A program made the position numbers and the translations under genes. A model generated the notes under the pieces. That model saw only the letters and a program-made list of their open reading frames with translations, was not told the origin of the DNA and ran no database searches. Shown here piece after piece: positions 56,056 through 64,000 of a DNA stretch of 64,000 nucleotides; position 1 is the first letter of the stretch; every line of letters starts with the position of its first letter. The DNA is taken from positions 62,001 through 126,000 of the IMG/VR virus record IMGVR_UViG_3300023184_000026; one strand, 5' to 3'.

Positions 56056-57531
56056 ATGAATAATGGTTATATTCCTCAAAAGGACAGAAAGAAAATTATA
56101 CTACTTTGCGATGACTTGAGAATGCATTCTGGTATTGCCACTATGGCAAGAGAGTTTGTAACTGGACTTGCTGGCAAGTATAATTGGGTTCAAATCGCTG
56201 GCTCTGTTCAACATCCTGAAAAGGGAAAGATAATGAATTTGGACAGTGCAGTAAATATCGGCGCGGGTATCAGCGATGCATATGTTCGTTTATATCCAGT
56301 TGATGGCTATGGCAATCCGGAAATTCTAAATGAAATCATCAAGCTTGAAAAGCCGGACGCTTTGATGCATTTCACCGATCCTCGTTTTTGGGGTTGGTTA
56401 TATCAGATGGAACGTGAACTTCGTCAAAAGATGCCAATTGGTTATTATAGTATTTGGGATGATTTACCGTATCCAATGTATAATCGTGCGTTTTATGAAA
56501 GCTGCGATTGGATTGGTTGCATCAGCAAACAAACCAAGAATATTGTTGACGGGGTCTTGGGTTCTGTATTAAACAAGCCAACCACGGTGTCTTATGTGCC
56601 ACATGGCATCAACACCAAGACATTTAGACCATTGACAAGTGAGTCTGAACTAAAAGAACTGAATGTGGTAAAAAAGCAATTATTCAAGAAAGATTATAAC
56701 TATGTTATTTTTTATAACAATCGTAACATTCGTCGCAAGCAAACCAGCACAATCATGCTTGCTTATAGAAACTTCTGTGATAATTTAACCAAAGAAGAAG
56801 CATCCAAATGTGTATTGTTTATGCATACTCCTCCACTGGATGATGCGGGTACCGACTTGTTGGCATGTAAGACCGCTTTCTGTCCCGATTATGATGTCGT
56901 TTTCAGTACTGACAAGATCATGCCAGATCGTCTAAATCAGTACTATAATATTTCCGATGTTACAATCAATCTTTCTGATAATGAGGGATTTGGACTTGGA
57001 ACGGCGGAAAGTATCGCCGCTGGCACACCCATTATCGTAACAGTAACCGGTGGTTTGCAAGATCAATGTGGATTTACAGATGAAAATGGTAATCCTGTGG
57101 GGTTTGATACAAACTGGGGAACCAATGCGGATGGTAGATACAAGAATCACGGTACTTGGGTTACACCAATATTTCCCGGTGCAAGAATGGTACAGGGAAG
57201 TATTCCTACACCATATATTCTCGCAGATTATGCTCGCTGGGAAGATGCTGCTGTAGCAATGATGCACTGGTATGAAGTTGGTCGCGACAATCGCAAAGAT
57301 CGCGGATCAAAGGGACGTGAATGGCTCATGAGTTCAGAAGGATTGAGTTCCGAGAGAATGTGTGAAACTATGGCAGTTGGAATTGACAACATGTTATCAA
57401 ATTGGAAGGGCAGAGAACGCTTCAACATTCATCGTCATGATGAATATGTTGGGCACAACATGCCAAACAAAAGCCTTGGTTTCATTATACCAAAGATTGA
57501 CAGAGCAGAAGCAAAAAACAAATTCAACTAA
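56056..57531 (+). CDS. GT4 (GT-B) glycosyltransferase
   Basis: VPHGI, NRNIRRK, EGFGLGTAE, GG..DQ. Confidence 0.88.
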   Translation: MNNGYIPQKDRKKIILLCDDLRMHSGIATMAREFVTGLAGKYNWVQIAGSVQHPEKGKIMNLDSAVNIGAGISDAYVRLYPVDGYGNPEILNEIIKLEKPDALMHFTDPRFWGWLYQMERELRQKMPIGYYSIWDDLPYPMYNRAFYESCDWIGCISKQTKNIVDGVLGSVLNKPTTVSYVPHGINTKTFRPLTSESELKELNVVKKQLFKKDYNYVIFYNNRNIRRKQTSTIMLAYRNFCDNLTKEEASKCVLFMHTPPLDDAGTDLLACKTAFCPDYDVVFSTDKIMPDRLNQYYNISDVTINLSDNEGFGLGTAESIAAGTPIIVTVTGGLQDQCGFTDENGNPVGFDTNWGTNADGRYKNHGTWVTPIFPGARMVQGSIPTPYILADYARWEDAAVAMMHWYEVGRDNRKDRGSKGREWLMSSEGLSSERMCETMAVGIDNMLSNWKGRERFNIHRHDEYVGHNMPNKSLGFIIPKIDRAEAKNKFN

Positions 57532-57544
57532 ACTAAAAAATATT

Positions 57545-57736
57545 ATGGCAAAAGCACTAACAAAAGACGAAGCAAAGACAAAAGTTTACGAGCTAACAAA
57601 ACAGCTCGCTGAAATCCGCAAGGAGAAAAAATCGGCAAATGTTGATTTTAAGGATCGCATCAATGACGTGGAAAATGAAATTGAAGCAATCATTGATGAA
57701 CAAGAAGCCCAGAATACGGCTGGAACAACTCCGTAA
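57545..57736 (+). CDS. Small coiled-coil protein
   Basis: ATG ORF in operon. Confidence 0.55.
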   Translation: MAKALTKDEAKTKVYELTKQLAEIRKEKKSANVDFKDRINDVENEIEAIIDEQEAQNTAGTTP

Positions 57737-57762
57737 TAATAAAATAAAGGTTATATAAAACT

Positions 57763-59070
57763 ATGAGTAATGAAATAAAACCTGTGTGTGTAATCCAAGG
57801 ACCGGTGGCATCTCGTAGTGGTTACGGAGATCACTGTTTTGCAATTGTGTCCGACATCATCAAGTGGGACAAGTTTGATGTCAAAATTGTACCTATGCGT
57901 TGGGGGGTTTGTCCAAACACAATGCTTGATGACGAAACTCGACCGATGGTTAAAGAAATTAAAAGTAAAATACTCACTACCAACCTTACATCGCAACCGG
58001 AATTATTTATTCAGGTATCAATACCCAACGAATTTCAGCCTCGGGGAAAATATAACATCGGAATTACAGCCGGAATAGAATCGACCGCACCAAGAGCGGA
58101 ATGGATTGAGGGATTAAATAGAATGAATCTTAACATCGTTCCTTCTGTTTTTTCTAAAGAGGTTTTCATTAAAACAATATATGATCGACGAGATGATAAA
58201 ACAGGTATGAACGACAAGCTTCAGTTGAACAAACCAATTGAAGTTGTATTTGAAGGAGTGGATACCAATATTTACAAAAAAACATCAGAGCCATCTAAAG
58301 ATATTGATTTGGCACTTGAGTCAATACCTGAGACATTTTGTTATTTGTTCGTCGGACATTGGTTGCAAGGTGATATTGGCGCGGATAGAAAAGATATTGG
58401 GATGCTTATAAAGATATTTAGCGAGGTGTTTAAAAATAAAAATAATCCACCCGCATTGATACTCAAAACAAGTGGAGCAACATTCTCAAAGGTAGATAAG
58501 ACCGAAATATTAAAGAAAATAAATGATATTAGATCTACATTGTCTGGAAATCTACCAAACATATATTTGATCCATGGTGATCTTACACCGGTCGAATTGA
58601 ATAGACTATATAATCATCCAAAAATAAAAGCGCACGCCAGTCTTACCCATGGTGAAGGATTTGGGCGTCCGTTGTTGGAAGCAACTTTGAGTGGCAAGCC
58701 GCTTCTCACTACAAATTGGAGTGGACACATAGATTTCTTGCCCGAAAATTTGGCAAATCTTCTACCTGGTACACTAGTCAATATTCCTCCAAGTGCATGC
58801 AATGATTGGTTAATCAAAGAATCCCAATGGTTCAACGCCAATTACAGCATTGCTGCTCAAAAGCTGGAAGATATATACGAAAATTATATAAACTATATTC
58901 CAAAGTCAGAAAAGCTGCGTATTCAAAATAATGAGAGATTTAATCTCGAAGAAGCCGGTAAGAAATTGATTGAAGTATTGGAAAAGAATTTGCCAGTGTT
59001 TGAAAAGAAAGTCGCAATCACTCTACCAAAGTTCAAGAAAATAACAGCACCAACACCAGTCGCTGGATGA
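57763..59070 (+). CDS. GT4 (GT-B) glycosyltransferase
   Basis: SGYG, RKD, GEGFGRPLLEA, WSGHIDF. Confidence 0.88.
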   Translation: MSNEIKPVCVIQGPVASRSGYGDHCFAIVSDIIKWDKFDVKIVPMRWGVCPNTMLDDETRPMVKEIKSKILTTNLTSQPELFIQVSIPNEFQPRGKYNIGITAGIESTAPRAEWIEGLNRMNLNIVPSVFSKEVFIKTIYDRRDDKTGMNDKLQLNKPIEVVFEGVDTNIYKKTSEPSKDIDLALESIPETFCYLFVGHWLQGDIGADRKDIGMLIKIFSEVFKNKNNPPALILKTSGATFSKVDKTEILKKINDIRSTLSGNLPNIYLIHGDLTPVELNRLYNHPKIKAHASLTHGEGFGRPLLEATLSGKPLLTTNWSGHIDFLPENLANLLPGTLVNIPPSACNDWLIKESQWFNANYSIAAQKLEDIYENYINYIPKSEKLRIQNNERFNLEEAGKKLIEVLEKNLPVFEKKVAITLPKFKKITAPTPVAG

Positions 59071-59747
59071 AAATAAGTTATTTAGTAACTTGCAAGAATG
59101 AGACACTTGAGCTTCTGCAACTGATTGAGAAGCTCAAGACTCATATAGACTTTGTTGCCCCAAACGATGAAGTTGTTATACTGGATGATTTTTCGGATAA
59201 CGAAGATACAAAGAAAATTCTTGCCAAAGCAAAAAGTTATGGGTTCACTGTTGTTCAACATGCACTAAACAAAAATTTTGCTGAACATAAAAATTATGGT
59301 AGTAAGCGTTGTGTGGGCGACTTCGTGTGTCAAATCGACGCCGATGAATATTTGTTTCCAAATCTGTTGAATAATATGCACGAAATCATTGATTCAAATC
59401 CAACGGTTGAATTGTATAGAGTTCCGCGCGTCAATATTGTACGAGGTGCCACAGACAGTGATGCCAGAAACTGGGGATGGCGTGTATCAAAATTATTGGA
59501 GTTTGGTGACTTGCCTATTATAAATTGGGGCAATGGAGATTATCAATCTCGTATTTATAAAAATAGTTTAAGAATACAATGGCACAAGCCATTGCACGAA
59601 ACAATTACGGGAGCATCTATTGTGGCAGATCTTCCAAAAGAAATTGATTATGCTATTATTCATTACAAGACAATAGATAGACAAAGATCACAAAACGAAT
59701 TTTACAATAAGAACTGGTCAGTAAAAGCCAACATGGGACAAGGATAA
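59067..59747 (+). CDS. GT2 glycosyltransferase
   Basis: NFAEHKN, QIDADE, DYQSRI, LHE. Confidence 0.85.
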   Translation: MKISYLVTCKNETLELLQLIEKLKTHIDFVAPNDEVVILDDFSDNEDTKKILAKAKSYGFTVVQHALNKNFAEHKNYGSKRCVGDFVCQIDADEYLFPNLLNNMHEIIDSNPTVELYRVPRVNIVRGATDSDARNWGWRVSKLLEFGDLPIINWGNGDYQSRIYKNSLRIQWHKPLHETITGASIVADLPKEIDYAIIHYKTIDRQRSQNEFYNKNWSVKANMGQG

Positions 59748-60688
59748 TGAAAATTGGACTGCACGCACCAGCAATAGATGACCGTGGAAATGGTACTGTA
59801 ATGTATGATTATGCTCATGCACTGAGAAATGTGTTGGGGTACGAACCGGTGATAATAAGTTCGGCGGCAAAATCCACACACGTAGAATCTAGATTTTCCG
59901 AATTTAAATGTTGTCTATATGAAAATATGTCGGAGGAAATACCGAACATAGTAGACAAAGAAAATATTGATGTACTTTACATGACTCGTGCCGGTGGAAA
60001 TGAATTTTTTCCCACTAACTGTAAAACCGCAATACATTGTGTGTTTAGTATGCAGGAACCGCATGGAACAGTGTATGCAGGAGTGAGCGAATGGTTGGCT
60101 AAATATTTCAAAAAGGAACTGTGGGTTCCTCATATCATAAATCTACCAAAAACAAATGAAACTCTACATGATGATTTAGGTGTACCTAAAAGTGCCTTTG
60201 TGATTGGTAGAGTGGGTGGTTATAATCAATTCGACATAAAAGATGCACAGGTGGCGGTTCAGCAAGCACTCGTCTCCAGAAATGATTTGTGGGCAATTTT
60301 CTTAAATACCAAGCCATTTGTGGAACATCCACGCGCATTATTCATACCATTCAATCCAAGTAATTTATACAAAAGCAAGTTTATCAACACGTGCGATGCT
60401 ATGATACACGCACGTTCGGACGGAGAAACTTTTGGATTGGCGATTGGAGAATTTTCATCATTCAACAAGCCTGTATTCACATATGACGCACCATATTGGT
60501 GGTATATGCGAGCACACATTGATATGCTTGGTGACAAGGCTTTGAAATATAAAAATAAAGAAGAACTACTTTCTTATTTATTACAAATTGACAAACCGTA
60601 TGTAAAGGATGTAGAATGGGATTGTTATTCAATCAAATTCTCACCAAAAAACGTAATAGAACGATTCAACAAAATATTCATCACATGA
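59747..60688 (+). CDS. GT-B glycosyltransferase-like
   Basis: RG...YDYA, DAMIHARSDGETFGLAIGE. Confidence 0.75.
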   Translation: MKIGLHAPAIDDRGNGTVMYDYAHALRNVLGYEPVIISSAAKSTHVESRFSEFKCCLYENMSEEIPNIVDKENIDVLYMTRAGGNEFFPTNCKTAIHCVFSMQEPHGTVYAGVSEWLAKYFKKELWVPHIINLPKTNETLHDDLGVPKSAFVIGRVGGYNQFDIKDAQVAVQQALVSRNDLWAIFLNTKPFVEHPRALFIPFNPSNLYKSKFINTCDAMIHARSDGETFGLAIGEFSSFNKPVFTYDAPYWWYMRAHIDMLGDKALKYKNKEELLSYLLQIDKPYVKDVEWDCYSIKFSPKNVIERFNKIFIT

Positions 60689-61260
60689 CAAATCACTTTT
60701 TAGACATAGGGGCAAATTCAGGAAACACCTTCGACTTGTTTCTGAATCAACACGAAGAATATTACGGATGGAATGTGTGGTGCTTCGAGCCGTCGCCAAA
60801 ACACATGAACTCATTGTTAGATAAGGCCAGACAAGTTTCTGGCAGATTTAACGTTGTGGTGTGTCCATTCGGTTTATCGGGAACAACGACGGTCGTTCCG
60901 TTCTATGAAATGGTAAATAACACGGTGTCGGATTCGTTTATTAAAACCGGATTATATGCTACATTAGACCCCGCGCCAAAGTATAATGTTATAGGTTCGT
61001 GCGTGTCGATAGTAGAATTTATGGACATTTACACGTTCGACGGAGATTCAGTAGTTCTAAAAGTCGATTGCGAAGGTTCGGAATATGATTTGTATGAAAA
61101 TTTACTAACGCGACCGGACCTTTTATCAAGAATAAAATTGATATACAATGAGTGGCATCCGGCGTGGAATGATATGGATGTGGGGAGAAGAATTAGAGCT
61201 GAGAAAATTATCAATCGTTTCAATGCATATCCGATAAAATTTACAGATTGGGCTTTTTAA
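60685..61260 (+). CDS. FkbM-family methyltransferase
   Basis: FLDIGANSG, FEP, LKVDCEGSEY, EWH. Confidence 0.85.
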   Translation: MTNHFLDIGANSGNTFDLFLNQHEEYYGWNVWCFEPSPKHMNSLLDKARQVSGRFNVVVCPFGLSGTTTVVPFYEMVNNTVSDSFIKTGLYATLDPAPKYNVIGSCVSIVEFMDIYTFDGDSVVLKVDCEGSEYDLYENLLTRPDLLSRIKLIYNEWHPAWNDMDVGRRIRAEKIINRFNAYPIKFTDWAF

Positions 61261-61262
61261 TT

Positions 61263-61907
61263 ATGAACAAACAAAATTTATTATTGATAACATCGCACAG
61301 ACAAATGGAAGAATTGGATCTTTTAGGAAAATTCTTGAATAGAACATCTGTGATTAAAAATTTCGATTTGATACTCCACGTAAATAAATCTGATGTGGAT
61401 TTGGGGTATATACAAAGATGTTTTATTAAATATCCAAATGTACATAAACATCTTATTTTTACCACCAAAAATGCCGGATACGCTTTGGGCACTCATGAGA
61501 CCATTGCTAATTTATATCATCATTTTTCTAAATATGAAAATGTGTTGCATGTCCACCCCGACGTTTTCATATTGGATGAAAATAAGTTATTGAATATTAT
61601 CAATAATGATACGGAATATGCATTGATATTGTCTCAGTGTAATTTACCAAAACTTCAAATGCTTAGCACGGATATGTTTATTATACGTCCAAAGTTATTA
61701 CCGTTTAATATATTCTCAAATTTTGTCTTGGAAGAGTATAAAAACGTAATCTGCGAAACGTTTCTGGAAATGGAAATCAATAAGCACAATATTTCTCATA
61801 AGTTTGTCAAAAGATATGACAACGATTATTGGCAACTAAGGCGTCCGTGCCTGTGGGGTGGTTGGCATGAACATAATTTACAACCTATAAGAGAATTTTT
61901 AAGATGA
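61263..61907 (+). CDS. Putative glycosyltransferase-like protein
   Basis: NAGY, HVHPDV; in glycosylation cluster. Confidence 0.5.
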   Translation: MNKQNLLLITSHRQMEELDLLGKFLNRTSVIKNFDLILHVNKSDVDLGYIQRCFIKYPNVHKHLIFTTKNAGYALGTHETIANLYHHFSKYENVLHVHPDVFILDENKLLNIINNDTEYALILSQCNLPKLQMLSTDMFIIRPKLLPFNIFSNFVLEEYKNVICETFLEMEINKHNISHKFVKRYDNDYWQLRRPCLWGGWHEHNLQPIREFLR

Positions 61908-61954
61908 ATATTGGAATGCACATCCGAGATTATTCAATTTAAATTCGAGAGAAA

Positions 61955-62713
61955 ATGAAAATTACTACTATCATAAACTATTGCACAAATGACTATATGT
62001 TTCTTAAGCCATGCATTGATGCTGCGTTGAAAGTTTCACACAAATTAATTGTACCATTTTGCACACATTTTCACGATGGAACTGAACAAGATCAAGAGTT
62101 ATTAATGAAGTCCGCTAGTGAAAATCCAAAAGCCGAGTTTGTTGAATTTGAATATAATAAAAATGAATCATCCAGATGGCATTGCAATATTTCAAGAAAG
62201 ATTGGCACAATGCTTGCACCAGAAGAGACCGATTATTTTATGTTCTTGGATACTGATGAAATCATCGTTCCGGAAATTTTTAATGAATGGTGGAAAGAAC
62301 AACAAATCAATCCATTGGTGAGCTATAAGCTGTCAAATTACTTTTATTTCAGGGATTTCAAATATCAATGCAATGAATGGCAGGATTCAATTGCGCTAGT
62401 ACAAAAAGGAACATTCACTGAAGACCAATTCATAATGCATCCACACGAACGTTCTGGTGTGTTTGATTATGTGCCATCCCATCTTCGTGCCAGAAATGTT
62501 ACATATAACGGTAAGCCATTCATACATCATTATTCTTGGGTTCGTTCCAAAGAAGCTATGTTGAAGAAAGTAAGCTGCTGGAGTCACAACAAGGATCAGG
62601 ATTGGTCTTCACTGGTTGAAAAAGAGTTTAGTGAACCATTTCGTGGCAAGGATATGATATTTAAATTTGAATACAAAACCGTATATCCATATTTGAATAT
62701 TAAAATAGAATGA
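61955..62713 (+). CDS. GT-A-like glycosyltransferase
   Basis: FLDTDE, HHYSWVR motifs. Confidence 0.65.
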   Translation: MKITTIINYCTNDYMFLKPCIDAALKVSHKLIVPFCTHFHDGTEQDQELLMKSASENPKAEFVEFEYNKNESSRWHCNISRKIGTMLAPEETDYFMFLDTDEIIVPEIFNEWWKEQQINPLVSYKLSNYFYFRDFKYQCNEWQDSIALVQKGTFTEDQFIMHPHERSGVFDYVPSHLRARNVTYNGKPFIHHYSWVRSKEAMLKKVSCWSHNKDQDWSSLVEKEFSEPFRGKDMIFKFEYKTVYPYLNIKIE

Positions 62714-63438
62714 AAATTAAGATATTCGCAAGACACTGTAAGTTTTCCAGCAATTCGGCCAATAAACCGAGACCATCATTTTTTACCAGAGAAGGATGTT
62801 TCAACAGTTTCCTCAATACAATGGATGAAGACTGTGAACTCACGGTGTGTTTTGATGGCATTGTATCCGGTAGCGGACATTTCTTAGAAAACCAAAAGTA
62901 TAATGGTAAGTTCAAGCTCGCAGAAAAAGATGGTGGCAACGATGGCAAGAGTTTTCTTAATTTACTAAAAACCGCAACAGAATCAAACTTTGCTGATGAT
63001 GACATAATATATTTTGTTGAAGATGACTATCTTCATAACATCGGATGGGCAAAAATCTTAAAAGAGGGATTTAAATTTATTGACGTAGACTATATAACGC
63101 TATATGATCACAATGATAAATATTTTTTTCCCATGTACGAGGAACTATTAGCCAAAGTTGGGGTTACGCCAAGCGTTCACTGGAAGACAATTCCTAACAC
63201 AACGAACACATATGCTTGTCTTGGCAAGACGCTGCGACGAGATTATTCGACTCACGTTAAATACTGCGATGTTGTGGGTGGACTCACAAGAGACTTCGAT
63301 AAATTCGCTAAATTTGCGACTGAAGGTAGAACACTGATAAATCCTTTGCCTGGTTATTCTACACACTGCGAGCCTCAATATATGAGTCCGGTGATAAATT
63401 GGGAAGAAATATTCAATAAAACCTGCAATTACAATTAA
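62710..63438 (+). CDS. GT-A-like glycosyltransferase
   Basis: YFVEDDYLH, LYDH.DKY, STH motifs. Confidence 0.65.
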   Translation: MKIKIFARHCKFSSNSANKPRPSFFTREGCFNSFLNTMDEDCELTVCFDGIVSGSGHFLENQKYNGKFKLAEKDGGNDGKSFLNLLKTATESNFADDDIIYFVEDDYLHNIGWAKILKEGFKFIDVDYITLYDHNDKYFFPMYEELLAKVGVTPSVHWKTIPNTTNTYACLGKTLRRDYSTHVKYCDVVGGLTRDFDKFAKFATEGRTLINPLPGYSTHCEPQYMSPVINWEEIFNKTCNYN

Positions 63439-63440
63439 TT

Positions 63441-64000
63441 ATGGACAATGATCAACGCATAGAAATATCTAAATTCGTGGAGGAAATGGCAAAAAAGCAT
63501 GGCCATATTCCAAAGTTCGCACACAACCTTGCAGCCAAGGATAAGAAAAAAGTGTATTATTCCGGACCTTACTTTGATAATACCGAAATAGTCGCGGCAA
63601 TTCACACCTTGCTATTTGGTAAATGGTCTTCTTCAGGAGAAGTATGCGCCCGTTTTGAAAGAGAATTTGGAAAACATATCAATAATAAGTTTTCCTTCTT
63701 TTGTAACAGCGGATCAAGTGCCAATCTTTTGCTGATAGCAGCTTGTAGAGAATATTTTGGATGGCAGGATGGGGACGAAATTATTGTATCATCGGTCGGA
63801 TTTCCAACCACAGTATCCGCAATCGTACATAATGACTTAAAACCTTCATTCGTTGATATTGAGTGGTCAACATTGAACTTTGATCTATCAAAAATTGAAG
63901 AAAAAATAACAGATAAAACTAAAGCTATATTCCTCAGTCCCGTTCTTGGCAATCCTCCAAATATGGATGAATTGATTACAATCACAAAGAAACATAATAT
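63441..64000 (+). CDS. DegT/DnrJ/EryC1/StrS PLP enzyme (RfbH-like), 3' truncated
   Basis: YYSGPYFD, FEREF, NSGSSANLL, GFPTTV, PVLGNPPNMD. Confidence 0.88.
   Translation, partial: MDNDQRIEISKFVEEMAKKHGHIPKFAHNLAAKDKKKVYYSGPYFDNTEIVAAIHTLLFGKWSSSGEVCARFEREFGKHINNKFSFFCNSGSSANLLLIAACREYFGWQDGDEIIVSSVGFPTTVSAIVHNDLKPSFVDIEWSTLNFDLSKIEEKITDKTKAIFLSPVLGNPPNMDELITITKKHN

Noticed and set aside
1-64000. Stop-codon reassignment
   Set aside because: Long genes are intact in the standard code and end in TAA, TGA or TAG; no suppressor tRNA found.

Overview
AT-rich segment of a large (jumbo, T4-like replisome) bacteriophage genome, most likely infecting a diderm host. Left and right ends are glycosylation/sugar-modification clusters. 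Core genes: family B DNA polymerase, sliding clamp, both clamp-loader subunits, dNMP kinase, nucleases. There is an extensive RNA-repair kit (PNK-like kinase, 2H phosphoesterase, two RNA ligases, NTase, metallophosphoesterase, cyclic-phosphate receiver). A host-envelope module encodes CsgF, CsgG, a curlin-like protein, a FecR protein and a CHASE2 cyclase, the cyclase being split by an intron-less homing endonuclease. About 33 tRNA genes (23.8-38.3 kb) cover 19 amino acids, interspersed with many unannotated structured RNAs; a tmRNA lies at 45.8 kb. Most notable candidates: (1) a leader-peptide attenuator upstream of the tRNA array whose 37 codons sample 19 of 20 amino acids, a possible general tRNA-depletion sensor; (2) a -1 frameshift signal (G GGA AAA plus pseudoknot) adding an amphipathic tail to an acidic repeat protein; (3) a duplicated 97-nt ncRNA and several odd tRNAs; (4) phage-borne tyrosinase, TpsA-like adhesin and cNMP-binding protein. 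All calls are by eye from motifs; no searches were run.
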